Shown: positions 28,701 to 37,171, counted from the first letter of the stretch. The stretch is DNA of 43,091 bases from Flavobacteriales bacterium (GCA_947476515.1 CANJQZ010000001.1:1-43091), one strand, 5' to 3'. A program made the numbers and translations. The notes: a model not told the origin generated them from the sequence alone.

Positions 28701-29534
28701 TTATTAATTGGTGTACATGAGGCTAATCCTAGAAATGATATTTTAATTAGTCGCGGACAATTAATTATTAAAGCATTGGATTCAATTCCATATTCTGAAA
28801 AAGCAGATTATTCGGCAACGACCAAGGAAGTGAAGCAACTGATGACCGAAGGAATGCTTCATTGGAAAAAAGAACTTGCCAACATTGATTTCTGGGGACC
28901 TAAAGTCATTAATAATTATCTGCTAAAAGGCCCAATTTTAGAGTGGTATGTTCGAATTAAATGGATGCTAGAAAAGAAGCATTTTGCCTATTATGATCAA
29001 CTCATAAATGACCGGCAAAAAATATATGATTTAGGATGCGGTTATGGTTACCTTAGTTATTATCTACATTACCGGAATCAACACCGCCAAATAATTGGTG
29101 TTGATTATGATCAGGACAAAGTTGATGTAGCGAATAATTGTATAAAACAAAATAGTGGTTTAATATTCTTAAGCAATGATATAAGAGTTCAAAAAATTGA
29201 AAAATGTGATGTAGTATTTTTAAACGATGTGCTTCACTATTTACCTTTTAAAGATCAACAGGATATGCTTCAGAATATTGAGGTTAATTTAAATGAAAAT
29301 GGTATTATCTTTATACGAGATGGATTAAGTGAAAATCTAAAATCACATAAGAGAACAAAATTTACTGAGACACTCTCTACAAAGGTTTTTGGCTTTAACA
29401 AGGCTGGAAATCCTTTAGAATTTATCTCTGAAATTCAAATCAACGAATTCGCAAAAGAAAAAAATATGAGTATTGAAATTATTAAACACTCCAAAACGAC
29501 ATCGAATGTTTTGATAATATTACGAAAAAAATAA
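25734..29534 (+). CDS. trifunctional fusion: MMPL/RND-like exporter + PlsC-type lysophospholipid acyltransferase + class I SAM methyltransferase
   Basis: 1266 aa. The first ~800 aa contain two hydrophobic helix bundles separated by soluble loops. Then come HX4D NHTSFLD (28401-28421) and FPEGTRS (28602-28622), followed by SAM motif DLGCGYG (29028-29048). Confidence 0.85.
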   Translation: MGKLFANIVRYFISKPLFFWVLFSGILFILINGILRLNINEDLYSVFPKSHEYKKFNTLIQENAINKQIVFSIDASENTDLLEEQLDQLKTELSNKFKQRINDITIYRNVDEKNLINYLQKTSVLSLTEKDYDEIERKLNQDSIEVKLKKVAEKLRGGNGFFLKSFFALDPLGLTFQQIDKVKPKQGKQSYTVKDGLIYTKNEKRILFFGFIAGDSKDIKMLDELNTDLNNFKKRINIRAKINFDYFGTFQIAVENANQVKADTYLTSFLSIGLIILLLVIYYKSILAPFYFILPALFGILSGVGMVGYIEPNISAISLATSSVLIGIVLDYSFHFFTHYKHTGDLLLTIKEISSPMIVGSFTTVAALAALLFADSVILQNFGLIALFTLVGSVLFTLLLQPILFSILKLKIPTSTLKTKNKKTPKLFLRLGFLLVGIITCMSLLTGLKISFDADLNNLSFHSNELKEKEDIFTGINPGEEKKFYIISSQKSFEKGKESNYQVYDSINRYRENLKISEFITTAPYLPPISKINASYENWISFWSSKQENVKASITVVSKDLNLSENAFNPFYNWMKKNPFDTSQGKTLMDEIGLSKLSYYSNGKHTFITSIVIERDKLQECKDLLNTIPHIYILDISDMTELMLNSVQKDFNFLLIYSALLVFLTLLLIYGRIELALFAFLPLILGWIWILGITNFFDIKFNFVNIVITTFIFGLGDDFSIFTTDGLIQQFRTGNASYKSYRSAIVLSGLTTIFGTGVLFFAKHPAIHSIALISVVGISTIMLITLFLQPYIFNLFVFKRIKKKRNPITFFTLLFSIILFCYFFVGSIVLTLFLIIILFPLPIKKVKKQAFLNYLISKLVKTVIYFGFHLKKRIFIDEIDFKKPKIIVANHTSFLDILLVLMIHPKTIIMVKSWVYYSPVFGLFIRYAGFPYTKDGASMNLVEIQKRIDEGYSIVIFPEGTRSVDGEMKRFHKGAFFMAQELKLDIQPLLLIGVHEANPRNDILISRGQLIIKALDSIPYSEKADYSATTKEVKQLMTEGMLHWKKELANIDFWGPKVINNYLLKGPILEWYVRIKWMLEKKHFAYYDQLINDRQKIYDLGCGYGYLSYYLHYRNQHRQIIGVDYDQDKVDVANNCIKQNSGLIFLSNDIRVQKIEKCDVVFLNDVLHYLPFKDQQDMLQNIEVNLNENGIIFIRDGLSENLKSHKRTKFTETLSTKVFGFNKAGNPLEFISEIQINEFAKEKNMSIEIIKHSKTTSNVLIILRKK

Positions 29535-29538
29535 AGTA

Positions 29539-31071
29539 ATGACTCAGATCAAAAAATATGATTTTTTAATTGTTGGGAGTGGGATTGGCGGACTTTCTTC
29601 GGCAGTGATATTAGCCAAAAATGGCTATTCAGTGTTGGTTTTAGAAAAAAACAATCAAATTGGTGGTGCCTTACAAGTTTTTAGTCGTGACAAATGTGTT
29701 TTTGACACTGGTGTGCATTATGTGGGTGGTTTAGATCCCGGAGAAAATCTACAACGCATGTTTAATTACTTAGGGATTTATGACGCTCTTAAGTTAAAAT
29801 CTTTAGATCGTGATTGTTTTGATTTAATTCGTTTGCCAAACGGAGTTTCCTATCCTCATGGACAAGGATATGAAGCATTCAGTTCTCAACTTATTCAACT
29901 TTTTCCTGAGGAAGAAAAAGCAATTTTAGCATTTTGTGAAAAGATCAAGCAAATCTGTGATTTTTTTCCACTTTATAATTTAGAATTAGGTGATGATCAA
30001 GCATATTATAATAACCCTGAAATATTATCATTAGGTGCTTGGGATTTTATCAATTCCATTACCAATAATAAAATTCTGCGAACCGTTCTACTTGGATCAG
30101 GGCCTTTATATGCTGGTGATGAAAAAACAACTCCTCTTTATGTCGTTGCCCTAATAATGAATAGCTATATCAAAGGTAGTTATCGTTTAGTTGATGGTGG
30201 CTCACAAATTGCCAAACTTTTAGTCAAAGAATTAAGGAAGTATGATGGTGAAATACTAAAAAGAAAAGAGGTTGTTGGAGCAAATTACGGAAGTGATAAA
30301 AAAATTACTTCCGTAATTTGTTCTGATGGTATGGAATATGCCGCAAATAATTTTATTTCCAATATGCACCCCTCATTGACCATTGATATTTTTGGAAAAG
30401 ACAAATTTAGACCAGCATATCGTGATCGGGTTCAAAAATTACAAAATACCACCTCCTCATTAATGGTTTATTTTTCTTTAAAGGAGCATTCTTTTCCTTA
30501 TTTCAACTATAATATTTATGAGCATTTCTCTTATGATTGTTGGAATTCGATTAATGATAATTCAGAAAATTGGCCGCATACCTTATACCTCTGCACACCT
30601 GCTTCTTCCAAATCAGAAGAATTTGCTGAATCGGTATGTGTAATGTGCTATATGGATATAAAAGAGGTAAAGGAGTGGGGAAATACTTATAATACAGCAA
30701 TAGACCCTTCTGTGAGGAGCACCGCATACAATAAGTTTAAAAAAGAAAAAGAGGAACAAATTATTAAAAAATTAGAAACAAGGTATCCTAATTTTAGATC
30801 GTGTATAAAAAATGTTTATAGTTCTACCCCTCTAACTTATCGAGACTATATCGGAACACCAGAAGGATCCTTGTATGGAATAAAAAAAGACTTTAACAAT
30901 CCTATTGGAACTACCATTAATTCTAAAACACGCGTTCCAAATCTATATTTAACTGGTCAAAACCTAATTTTTCATGGAATATTAGGAGCAACAATTGGTG
31001 CTTTTGTGACCAGTTTTAATTTCGTAAATCACATTGAATTAATAAATAAAATAAAGGCATATGAAAAATGA
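29539..31071 (+). CDS. FAD/NAD(P)-binding oxidoreductase, phytoene-desaturase (CrtI)-like
   Basis: DFLIVGSGIGGLSSA Rossmann motif. Paralogous in layout to 24100-25692. Confidence 0.75.
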   Translation: MTQIKKYDFLIVGSGIGGLSSAVILAKNGYSVLVLEKNNQIGGALQVFSRDKCVFDTGVHYVGGLDPGENLQRMFNYLGIYDALKLKSLDRDCFDLIRLPNGVSYPHGQGYEAFSSQLIQLFPEEEKAILAFCEKIKQICDFFPLYNLELGDDQAYYNNPEILSLGAWDFINSITNNKILRTVLLGSGPLYAGDEKTTPLYVVALIMNSYIKGSYRLVDGGSQIAKLLVKELRKYDGEILKRKEVVGANYGSDKKITSVICSDGMEYAANNFISNMHPSLTIDIFGKDKFRPAYRDRVQKLQNTTSSLMVYFSLKEHSFPYFNYNIYEHFSYDCWNSINDNSENWPHTLYLCTPASSKSEEFAESVCVMCYMDIKEVKEWGNTYNTAIDPSVRSTAYNKFKKEKEEQIIKKLETRYPNFRSCIKNVYSSTPLTYRDYIGTPEGSLYGIKKDFNNPIGTTINSKTRVPNLYLTGQNLIFHGILGATIGAFVTSFNFVNHIELINKIKAYEK

Positions 31072-32278
31072 TTTTGATGTTGTAGTAATCGGTGCAGGTC
31101 CTGCGGGAACAATTGCAGCGTGCAAACTTATGAAAGAGGGATTCTCAGTGAAAATCCTTGAGAAGATGGAGTTCCCAAGATTTGTAATTGGAGAGAGTCT
31201 TTTACCCCATTCAATGGATTATTTAGATGAATTAGATTTGTTAAAATGTATTGAAGATCAAAAATTTCAATTAAAAACAGGTGCTTGTTTTTATCATAAC
31301 GAACAGCGTTGTGATTTTCTGTTTAAGGACCAATATACAAAAGGGTGGGATTATACTTTTCAAGTAAAAAGAGCTGATTTCGATAATGCATTAGCGACAG
31401 AAACAGCCAAAAAAGGAGCTGATATTGAATACAATGCTGAAGTTTTACTTGTTGAAAATGGTCCAACACAACAAGTAATAAAATATTTAAATGCACAAAA
31501 GGAAGAAATGAATTTATCCGCAAGATATGTTGTAGATGCAAGTGGATATGGGCGTGTATTGCCACGCATGTTTAATTTAGAAGTCAAAGTAGTAACCCCA
31601 CCAAGAGGAGCTATTTTTTCACATTTTGATGATAGTAAACGAACAGAAGAGGATGGTCGAAATATTTTTATTCATGCTTTCAATAACAATACTTGTTGGA
31701 TTTGGTCCATTCCATTTTCAGACGGAACAGCATCAGTAGGAATTGTAGGTGATGCTGCGATTATTACTCATTATGCTGAAAATGATGGTGCTGGCTTTAA
31801 GAAAATGGTGGCAGACTTTCCAGGTTTATCCGGAAGATATGATAATGTAGCTTACAAATTTGAACCTCGTGTTATTTTGAATTATGCTGTTTCGGTTAAA
31901 CAGTTATACGGAGAAGGTTATATACTCTGTGGTAATAGCACTGAATTTTTAGATCCTGTTTTTAGTTCTGGGGTAACACTGGCTATTTCATCTGGATTTA
32001 AAGCTGCAACAATGGTAAGTGAACATTTAAAAGGCAACGATGTTAATTTTGAAGACTATAGTACAGAGTTGAAAAAAGGTATTGATGTTTTTAGAAGCTA
32101 TGTGAATGGCTGGTATGATGGGACCTTACAAAAAATCTTCTTTTCTGAAAAGACTAATGAAGGGATGAAAAGTCAAATCTGCTCAGTTCTTGCCGGCTAT
32201 GTTTGGGATGAAACTAACCCATTTGTTAAAAAACATGCAAAAGCACTTAGCACTTTGGTGAAAATCATTGAAATGTAA
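31061..32278 (+). CDS. flavin-dependent halogenase (phenol/pyrrole-type)
   Basis: GxGxxG VVVIGAGPAGT, FPRFVIGESLLP segment, and the halogenase signature WxWxIP as W213-I-W-S-I-P218 (31697-31714). Confidence 0.7.
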   Translation: MKNDFDVVVIGAGPAGTIAACKLMKEGFSVKILEKMEFPRFVIGESLLPHSMDYLDELDLLKCIEDQKFQLKTGACFYHNEQRCDFLFKDQYTKGWDYTFQVKRADFDNALATETAKKGADIEYNAEVLLVENGPTQQVIKYLNAQKEEMNLSARYVVDASGYGRVLPRMFNLEVKVVTPPRGAIFSHFDDSKRTEEDGRNIFIHAFNNNTCWIWSIPFSDGTASVGIVGDAAIITHYAENDGAGFKKMVADFPGLSGRYDNVAYKFEPRVILNYAVSVKQLYGEGYILCGNSTEFLDPVFSSGVTLAISSGFKAATMVSEHLKGNDVNFEDYSTELKKGIDVFRSYVNGWYDGTLQKIFFSEKTNEGMKSQICSVLAGYVWDETNPFVKKHAKALSTLVKIIEM

Positions 32279-32281
32279 TCT

Positions 32282-32932
32282 TTATTTTGGTCCATACATT
32301 TTTTTCCAACTTTTATATTTGAAGTCTCTAATTGAAATGATTACATCATAATAGGTTTTTGCCCAATAGTTTCTGAGACCAAAACCACTTGGAAATGATG
32401 TAAAAGATTCACATAGAAGCACTTCATTGTTTGATAAATTTATAGCGACAAAATGGTACTTCGCTTCTTCTCTTGTTTTATCTAAATAGTCAGCAACAAA
32501 CAACAAACCAATGCCATCATTTTCTTCAAAATCGTATTTCTTTATAAAAAGGGCGATTTCTTCCTTACTATAATTCGGTTGGTTATCAGATTCCAAATCT
32601 TCAATAGAGGTGTTCTCATTAATTTTATTAATAGCAGAAATTTTCAAATTAACATTTTCCTTTCGAATCATTTCTGCAATGTTGTATTTCGGATATTCGT
32701 TGAGAATTAAATTATTCCAGCCATAGAAATATTTATCCCTAATTACAGATGTTCCTGTTCTACCTGCCTCAGAAAATTGAGAAAACTCACCAATCAATTT
32801 AACATGTGAGAAATCAATTCCTAACCATGTAATTTGAGTGTCAGATTTAGAAAATAAATCTTCTATTCTTTGAGTATTCCCCTTAAAACTAATTAAAGAA
32901 AATACTGCAATTAAGTAAACTAACTTTTTCAT
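32282..32932 (-). CDS. hypothetical secreted protein
   Basis: 216 aa with signal peptide MKKLVYLIAVFSLISF. It lies 11 nt downstream of the ligase gene on the same strand. No motif recognised. Confidence 0.5.
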   Translation of the reverse strand: MKKLVYLIAVFSLISFKGNTQRIEDLFSKSDTQITWLGIDFSHVKLIGEFSQFSEAGRTGTSVIRDKYFYGWNNLILNEYPKYNIAEMIRKENVNLKISAINKINENTSIEDLESDNQPNYSKEEIALFIKKYDFEENDGIGLLFVADYLDKTREEAKYHFVAINLSNNEVLLCESFTSFPSGFGLRNYWAKTYYDVIISIRDFKYKSWKKMYGPK

Positions 32933-32943
32933 AATTTCAAATA

Positions 32944-34197
32944 TTAAATAAATACTATTTTTTCTGGTTTTCGTAAATTCTTTTTATAAACTTGAGCTTG
33001 AATTATCTCTAATTCGTTAAATGTAAAAATAGGAATTACTTTCAACCTTGATTGACATTTTTCTATTATTATTTTATAAATATTGGTATCCAATATTTCT
33101 TTTTGTAAAAGAATCGTGATTTGATCATTTTGAAAATTATCCTTCGAAATAATGATTTTATAACAAGCTACTTCCTCAATATTATCAAAGATATCAAAAA
33201 GTGTTTGAGGAAAAATGGTGGTCCCTTTATATTTAATCATTTGATTTTTTCGACCAACAATAGGGCCCAATCTAGGAGCACTATTACCGCAAGAGCATTT
33301 TTGCATAAATCTTTTAGCAATATCCCCAGTTTTATACCGTAATAATGGAGTTCCGGTGGTTGCTATAGTGGTTATTACAATTTCACCTTCCTCTCCATCT
33401 CCAACTTCATTTCCATGTTCATCAACTACTTCAAGAAAGAGCAATTTTTCATTTAAATGGCAACCTTGTTGCGCATGGCATTCTGTAAATGCCGTTGCCA
33501 TTTCTGTACAAGCATAGGTCGAAAAAAGATTTACATCCCAATCATTTGTGATGCGTTTACCGAGAACATTAAGATGAAATGCATCATCACGGATTGATTC
33601 ACCAATACAAACAATTGATTCTACAGAAGTATCATGTAAATTAATTCCATGTTTCTTTGCGAAATCAATCAAAATCAAAATAAAACTAGGCACCGCAATT
33701 AATACTCTAGGCTTGTTATTTATTATCGATGACCACTGAAGCTCTGGTAAGCCAGGCCCGATTCTAATAATTCCAGCTTTCAATTCCTGAACTCCCAAAT
33801 AATAGGCAATTCCTGCCATAAATTGACGGTCAATTGTGGTCATTAATTGAACTAAATCACCTTCTCGTACACCAGCCAAGGATAGCGAATCTCTTTCATT
33901 TAATGCTAAGCGTTTTAAGTCAGATCTACTTAAATAAACTGTGACAGGATCTCCCATTGTTCCTGAAGTAGTAACAATATCAGCGATTTCAGTCATTGGA
34001 ACTGATAAAAAATCGAGATTGTTTTTAGCTATATCATCTTTTAAAGTGAAAGGTATGTTGCTCCATTCATGAAAACTTAAATCTTCTTGTTTAAAGTTAA
34101 TGCCACTTAATGATTTTTTGTAGTACTTTGAATTATGCAATACATAAGTCAATGTTTGCATCACTTCTTTGGGAATTAATTGTTGATTAGGCATCAT
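32944..34197 (-). CDS. PaaK-like adenylate-forming enzyme (phenylacetate-CoA ligase / F390 synthetase family)
   Basis: 417 aa, the short ANL format. AMP-binding core TTSGTMGDPV. Its start overlaps the stop of the C45 gene (ATGA). Confidence 0.7.
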   Translation of the reverse strand: MMPNQQLIPKEVMQTLTYVLHNSKYYKKSLSGINFKQEDLSFHEWSNIPFTLKDDIAKNNLDFLSVPMTEIADIVTTSGTMGDPVTVYLSRSDLKRLALNERDSLSLAGVREGDLVQLMTTIDRQFMAGIAYYLGVQELKAGIIRIGPGLPELQWSSIINNKPRVLIAVPSFILILIDFAKKHGINLHDTSVESIVCIGESIRDDAFHLNVLGKRITNDWDVNLFSTYACTEMATAFTECHAQQGCHLNEKLLFLEVVDEHGNEVGDGEEGEIVITTIATTGTPLLRYKTGDIAKRFMQKCSCGNSAPRLGPIVGRKNQMIKYKGTTIFPQTLFDIFDNIEEVACYKIIISKDNFQNDQITILLQKEILDTNIYKIIIEKCQSRLKVIPIFTFNELEIIQAQVYKKNLRKPEKIVFI

Positions 34198-35885
34198 TTA
34201 TTTTTAAATTGACATTCCTTTTTTAGATTTTCAAGTTCCATTTTAATTTTCAAAGAAGCTAAATTTTTAGTTAATGCATTGGCAAACATTTTATTTGCAG
34301 CACTCGAATTTCCTTTCTTTAAATAATACTTACCTAACATTTCAAATGTCACAAAAGATTCCTTATTGTTGTTGACAAATTCCTTTATTTCATGTGATGA
34401 TAACTTTAAATCAGTACCAAATAAAAGAAATTGACTGATTCGTTTTTTAGTGGCTTTAAAGGCTTTAAATTTCTTATATTCCTTAGAAAATAAAAATTCA
34501 GAAGAACTCAAACGATGCGTAATGGTTCCTTTCTTCGATTCAAATGTTTTATTTAAATCGTAACCAATAAATTCCCCTAATTGATAATTGCTTGTTGAAA
34601 TATAGAACATGGAACTTTTCGGCAAAATAATTACACTATGATGTGCAATTAACTGATTTATAGCGCGTGGATTTCCCATTCCTAAAGTATCATTCTTAAA
34701 ACCATTTTGATCTCTTAAGATGGATAAAACATTATTGAGAGAGAAAACATTGCGGGCAGATAACAACTCTCCTACTCTATTAAAACGAAACTTACTATCA
34801 CTTTCCTTAATATTTGAAATATTTACCTTGTCGTTAATAAAAGTAGCGGATTGATAATGATTGGAACAAACTAATTTACTTTGTTTAGAATCATACACAC
34901 CCAATTTGGTCGGTGATTTTTCTATTAAAACAGCTCTTTTGTCCAATGAAGAACCAATCATAAGCGTTTCAGAAACAAAAGTATGCCTCTTTTTTGCAAT
35001 AGCAACAGCTTCCTCAATTGTTGAAGCATATTGTAAAATTTCACGCGCTAAAATTGAAATTGGCATTTTTGCCCCACTTGGCAAATCAGATTTAGAGGCA
35101 TTAATTGTAACACTTAATCCCTTTTCATTCAGGCCAGATAATACGCCTGTAAATCCTGCCCATGAATAAGAAGCAAAACTAAATCCCTTTGATGGATTAA
35201 CAAACAATATCAACTTATCGTGAGCAAATTCATCTCCCACATAAAAATCAAAGTTTCTTCCAATCATCAAATTACTGTCTGCAGTCAGCTCATCTTTCAA
35301 TGCAAAAGAAGTACATCCAACAATGCTATAATCATTTAATGCATGACCAATGTCATGGGCAGCATGATAGTTTAATATTCTAGTGTATTTTGAAGCGATA
35401 TAATCATAACGACTAGAAAAATATTGAGAAATTCCATAAATTTCTTGTTGATTTTCTAAGGGTATGTTTTTTGGTAATTCAGAAATAAACAAACCTATAA
35501 ACAAGCGTAAAAATTGTTGCATAAAATTGCTAGGGACAAAATTATTTATTTGATTAACAAAAATATCCTCTTGTCTTTGAATCAATTCTTTTGATAATTC
35601 ACCATAAATAAGGCCTCTTTCATAAGGATCACCTTCGATGTACATCTCCCAAATGCCGAATTCGTTTTTTTTAAGATAATTATTTTTTAAGACATAATGA
35701 TTATCTGAAATCTTAATGCGCTTACCGATATTAAAATGCTCAACAATTGGAGGATCAATTTCTGCATTTAATATTAAATATAAGATTGCAAGGCATAATA
35801 CAAAGAATATTTGTTCTATTGAGATTAAGATGAATGTTATAACATATCTTAAAATCAAATTAACATAAAATAATACTCTACTCAT
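34194..35885 (-). CDS. membrane-anchored C45-family Ntn acyltransferase/hydrolase (acyl-CoA:6-APA acyltransferase-like)
   Basis: Gly-Cys self-processing/nucleophile context YSIVG-C200-TSFAL (Cys codon 35313-35315, track numbering). N-terminal TM helices and a C-terminal TPR-like tail. The track start at 35912 is TTG; the first ATG is at 35885. Confidence 0.65.
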   Translation of the reverse strand: MSRVLFYVNLILRYVITFILISIEQIFFVLCLAILYLILNAEIDPPIVEHFNIGKRIKISDNHYVLKNNYLKKNEFGIWEMYIEGDPYERGLIYGELSKELIQRQEDIFVNQINNFVPSNFMQQFLRLFIGLFISELPKNIPLENQQEIYGISQYFSSRYDYIASKYTRILNYHAAHDIGHALNDYSIVGCTSFALKDELTADSNLMIGRNFDFYVGDEFAHDKLILFVNPSKGFSFASYSWAGFTGVLSGLNEKGLSVTINASKSDLPSGAKMPISILAREILQYASTIEEAVAIAKKRHTFVSETLMIGSSLDKRAVLIEKSPTKLGVYDSKQSKLVCSNHYQSATFINDKVNISNIKESDSKFRFNRVGELLSARNVFSLNNVLSILRDQNGFKNDTLGMGNPRAINQLIAHHSVIILPKSSMFYISTSNYQLGEFIGYDLNKTFESKKGTITHRLSSSEFLFSKEYKKFKAFKATKKRISQFLLFGTDLKLSSHEIKEFVNNNKESFVTFEMLGKYYLKKGNSSAANKMFANALTKNLASLKIKMELENLKKECQFKNK

Positions 35886-35966
35886 CTTGTTGCAAAAATA
35901 CGCTATTAACAAAAATTCTCACTACGGTTTACTAATAAATATAATGTTCTCAGAGAAGCTATTTAA

Positions 35967-35987
35967 AGGAAATGTATACATTTTCCT
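35967..35987. promoter_or_regulatory. candidate operator upstream of the C45-ligase operon
   Basis: 14-bp perfect palindrome AAATGTATACATTT (35970-35983), extended by AGG/CCT with a 1-nt bulge. It lies about 85-100 nt upstream of the ATG at 35885. Confidence 0.3.
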
Positions 35988-36185
35988 CAATAGATTTGAA
36001 GCATAAAAAAGGGAATTTTTCAATATTACATTCCTTATGTCACTCCTGAATATTACATTGAAGAAGTGAAAAGTAGGTTAAATTAAATACCTGAATTCAG
36101 ACAGCCAAATCAGCAAAAAAAATCAAGCATCTATACTGATGTTATTGACCAGAACTAAAATATTAATTTCTATTAAAATGAATGA

Positions 36186-36860
36186 TTAACTGGCTAGAAA
36201 AGACAAGATAAATAAGAACAAGCCTGCACCTAATGTTACTAAACCTGCAACCAAGAACGCCGAATTATAAGATGACTGCAGGTAAGTCCCTGTATAAGCA
36301 TCATAATAGATATTACCCGCATTGAAGATCCAAAGCCAGAATGAAATTATCAATAAAACCAAAGAAACACCTGTCAAAATAATAGCAAGCTTAAGAATTA
36401 TAGACATTCTCCTTCTAGGGGTAAGCGCTTTAAATTTTTTGATTTTTGAGACTTCTTTCTTAATCTCACTTTTAATTGTCGATTTCGACATCTTGTTGAT
36501 TTCTCTTAAAGTCAACTGTTTGTCTAGAGGAGCAATAATTTGAATTTCACTACCCTCAAGATTCACTTCTGAATTTTCGTTATCAATATTTAAATCACCT
36601 GATTTATTACTTGATGCTTCAGCAGTAATGTTACCTTCAAAATTGTTGGTGCTTAAGGACTTGTTTTCAGCTTCTACATAAACATTAGATTCATTTAAAT
36701 CCATATTTGCTGTTTCGAAACTGTTGTTATTTGCAGCTGATTTATGTTTAAATTCTACGAAATAACCATTTTTATCAATACGCTTATGAAGGGTACAAGA
36801 AGAAATAAAAAGTAATGATAAAATTAATACCAGTGAATTGTTAATGCATTTAAGAGCCAT
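36186..36860 (-). CDS. hypothetical membrane lipoprotein
   Basis: Signal peptide with lipobox-like FISS-C21. Asn/Ser/Glu-rich low-complexity middle. Two C-terminal TM helices. Confidence 0.5.
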   Translation of the reverse strand: MALKCINNSLVLILSLLFISSCTLHKRIDKNGYFVEFKHKSAANNNSFETANMDLNESNVYVEAENKSLSTNNFEGNITAEASSNKSGDLNIDNENSEVNLEGSEIQIIAPLDKQLTLREINKMSKSTIKSEIKKEVSKIKKFKALTPRRRMSIILKLAIILTGVSLVLLIISFWLWIFNAGNIYYDAYTGTYLQSSYNSAFLVAGLVTLGAGLFLFILSFLAS

Positions 36861-37171
36861 AATAAAAGATTTAATTAATGTTTACTTTCAAAAATACCTA
36901 AAAAGTAGCAATAAATTCAAAATAGAACTTAAATAAATTAATATTTTCCTATATAATTTAATTAAATTGACTTTCTAAAGTATAATTACTTTTTTACAAA
37001 AAAGCCGTCCTTAAAATAAATAAGCATTTTCCAACTATACAAATTAGAAGAAATTTCAACTTAGTTCAACTTTTGACTACATGATATTAAGCAATAAGAG
37101 TAACGAAATTTAGAAAAATCATTATGAAGGAAGTATGACGCAACAGCTACCTAACTTTAATATACTTTCCT

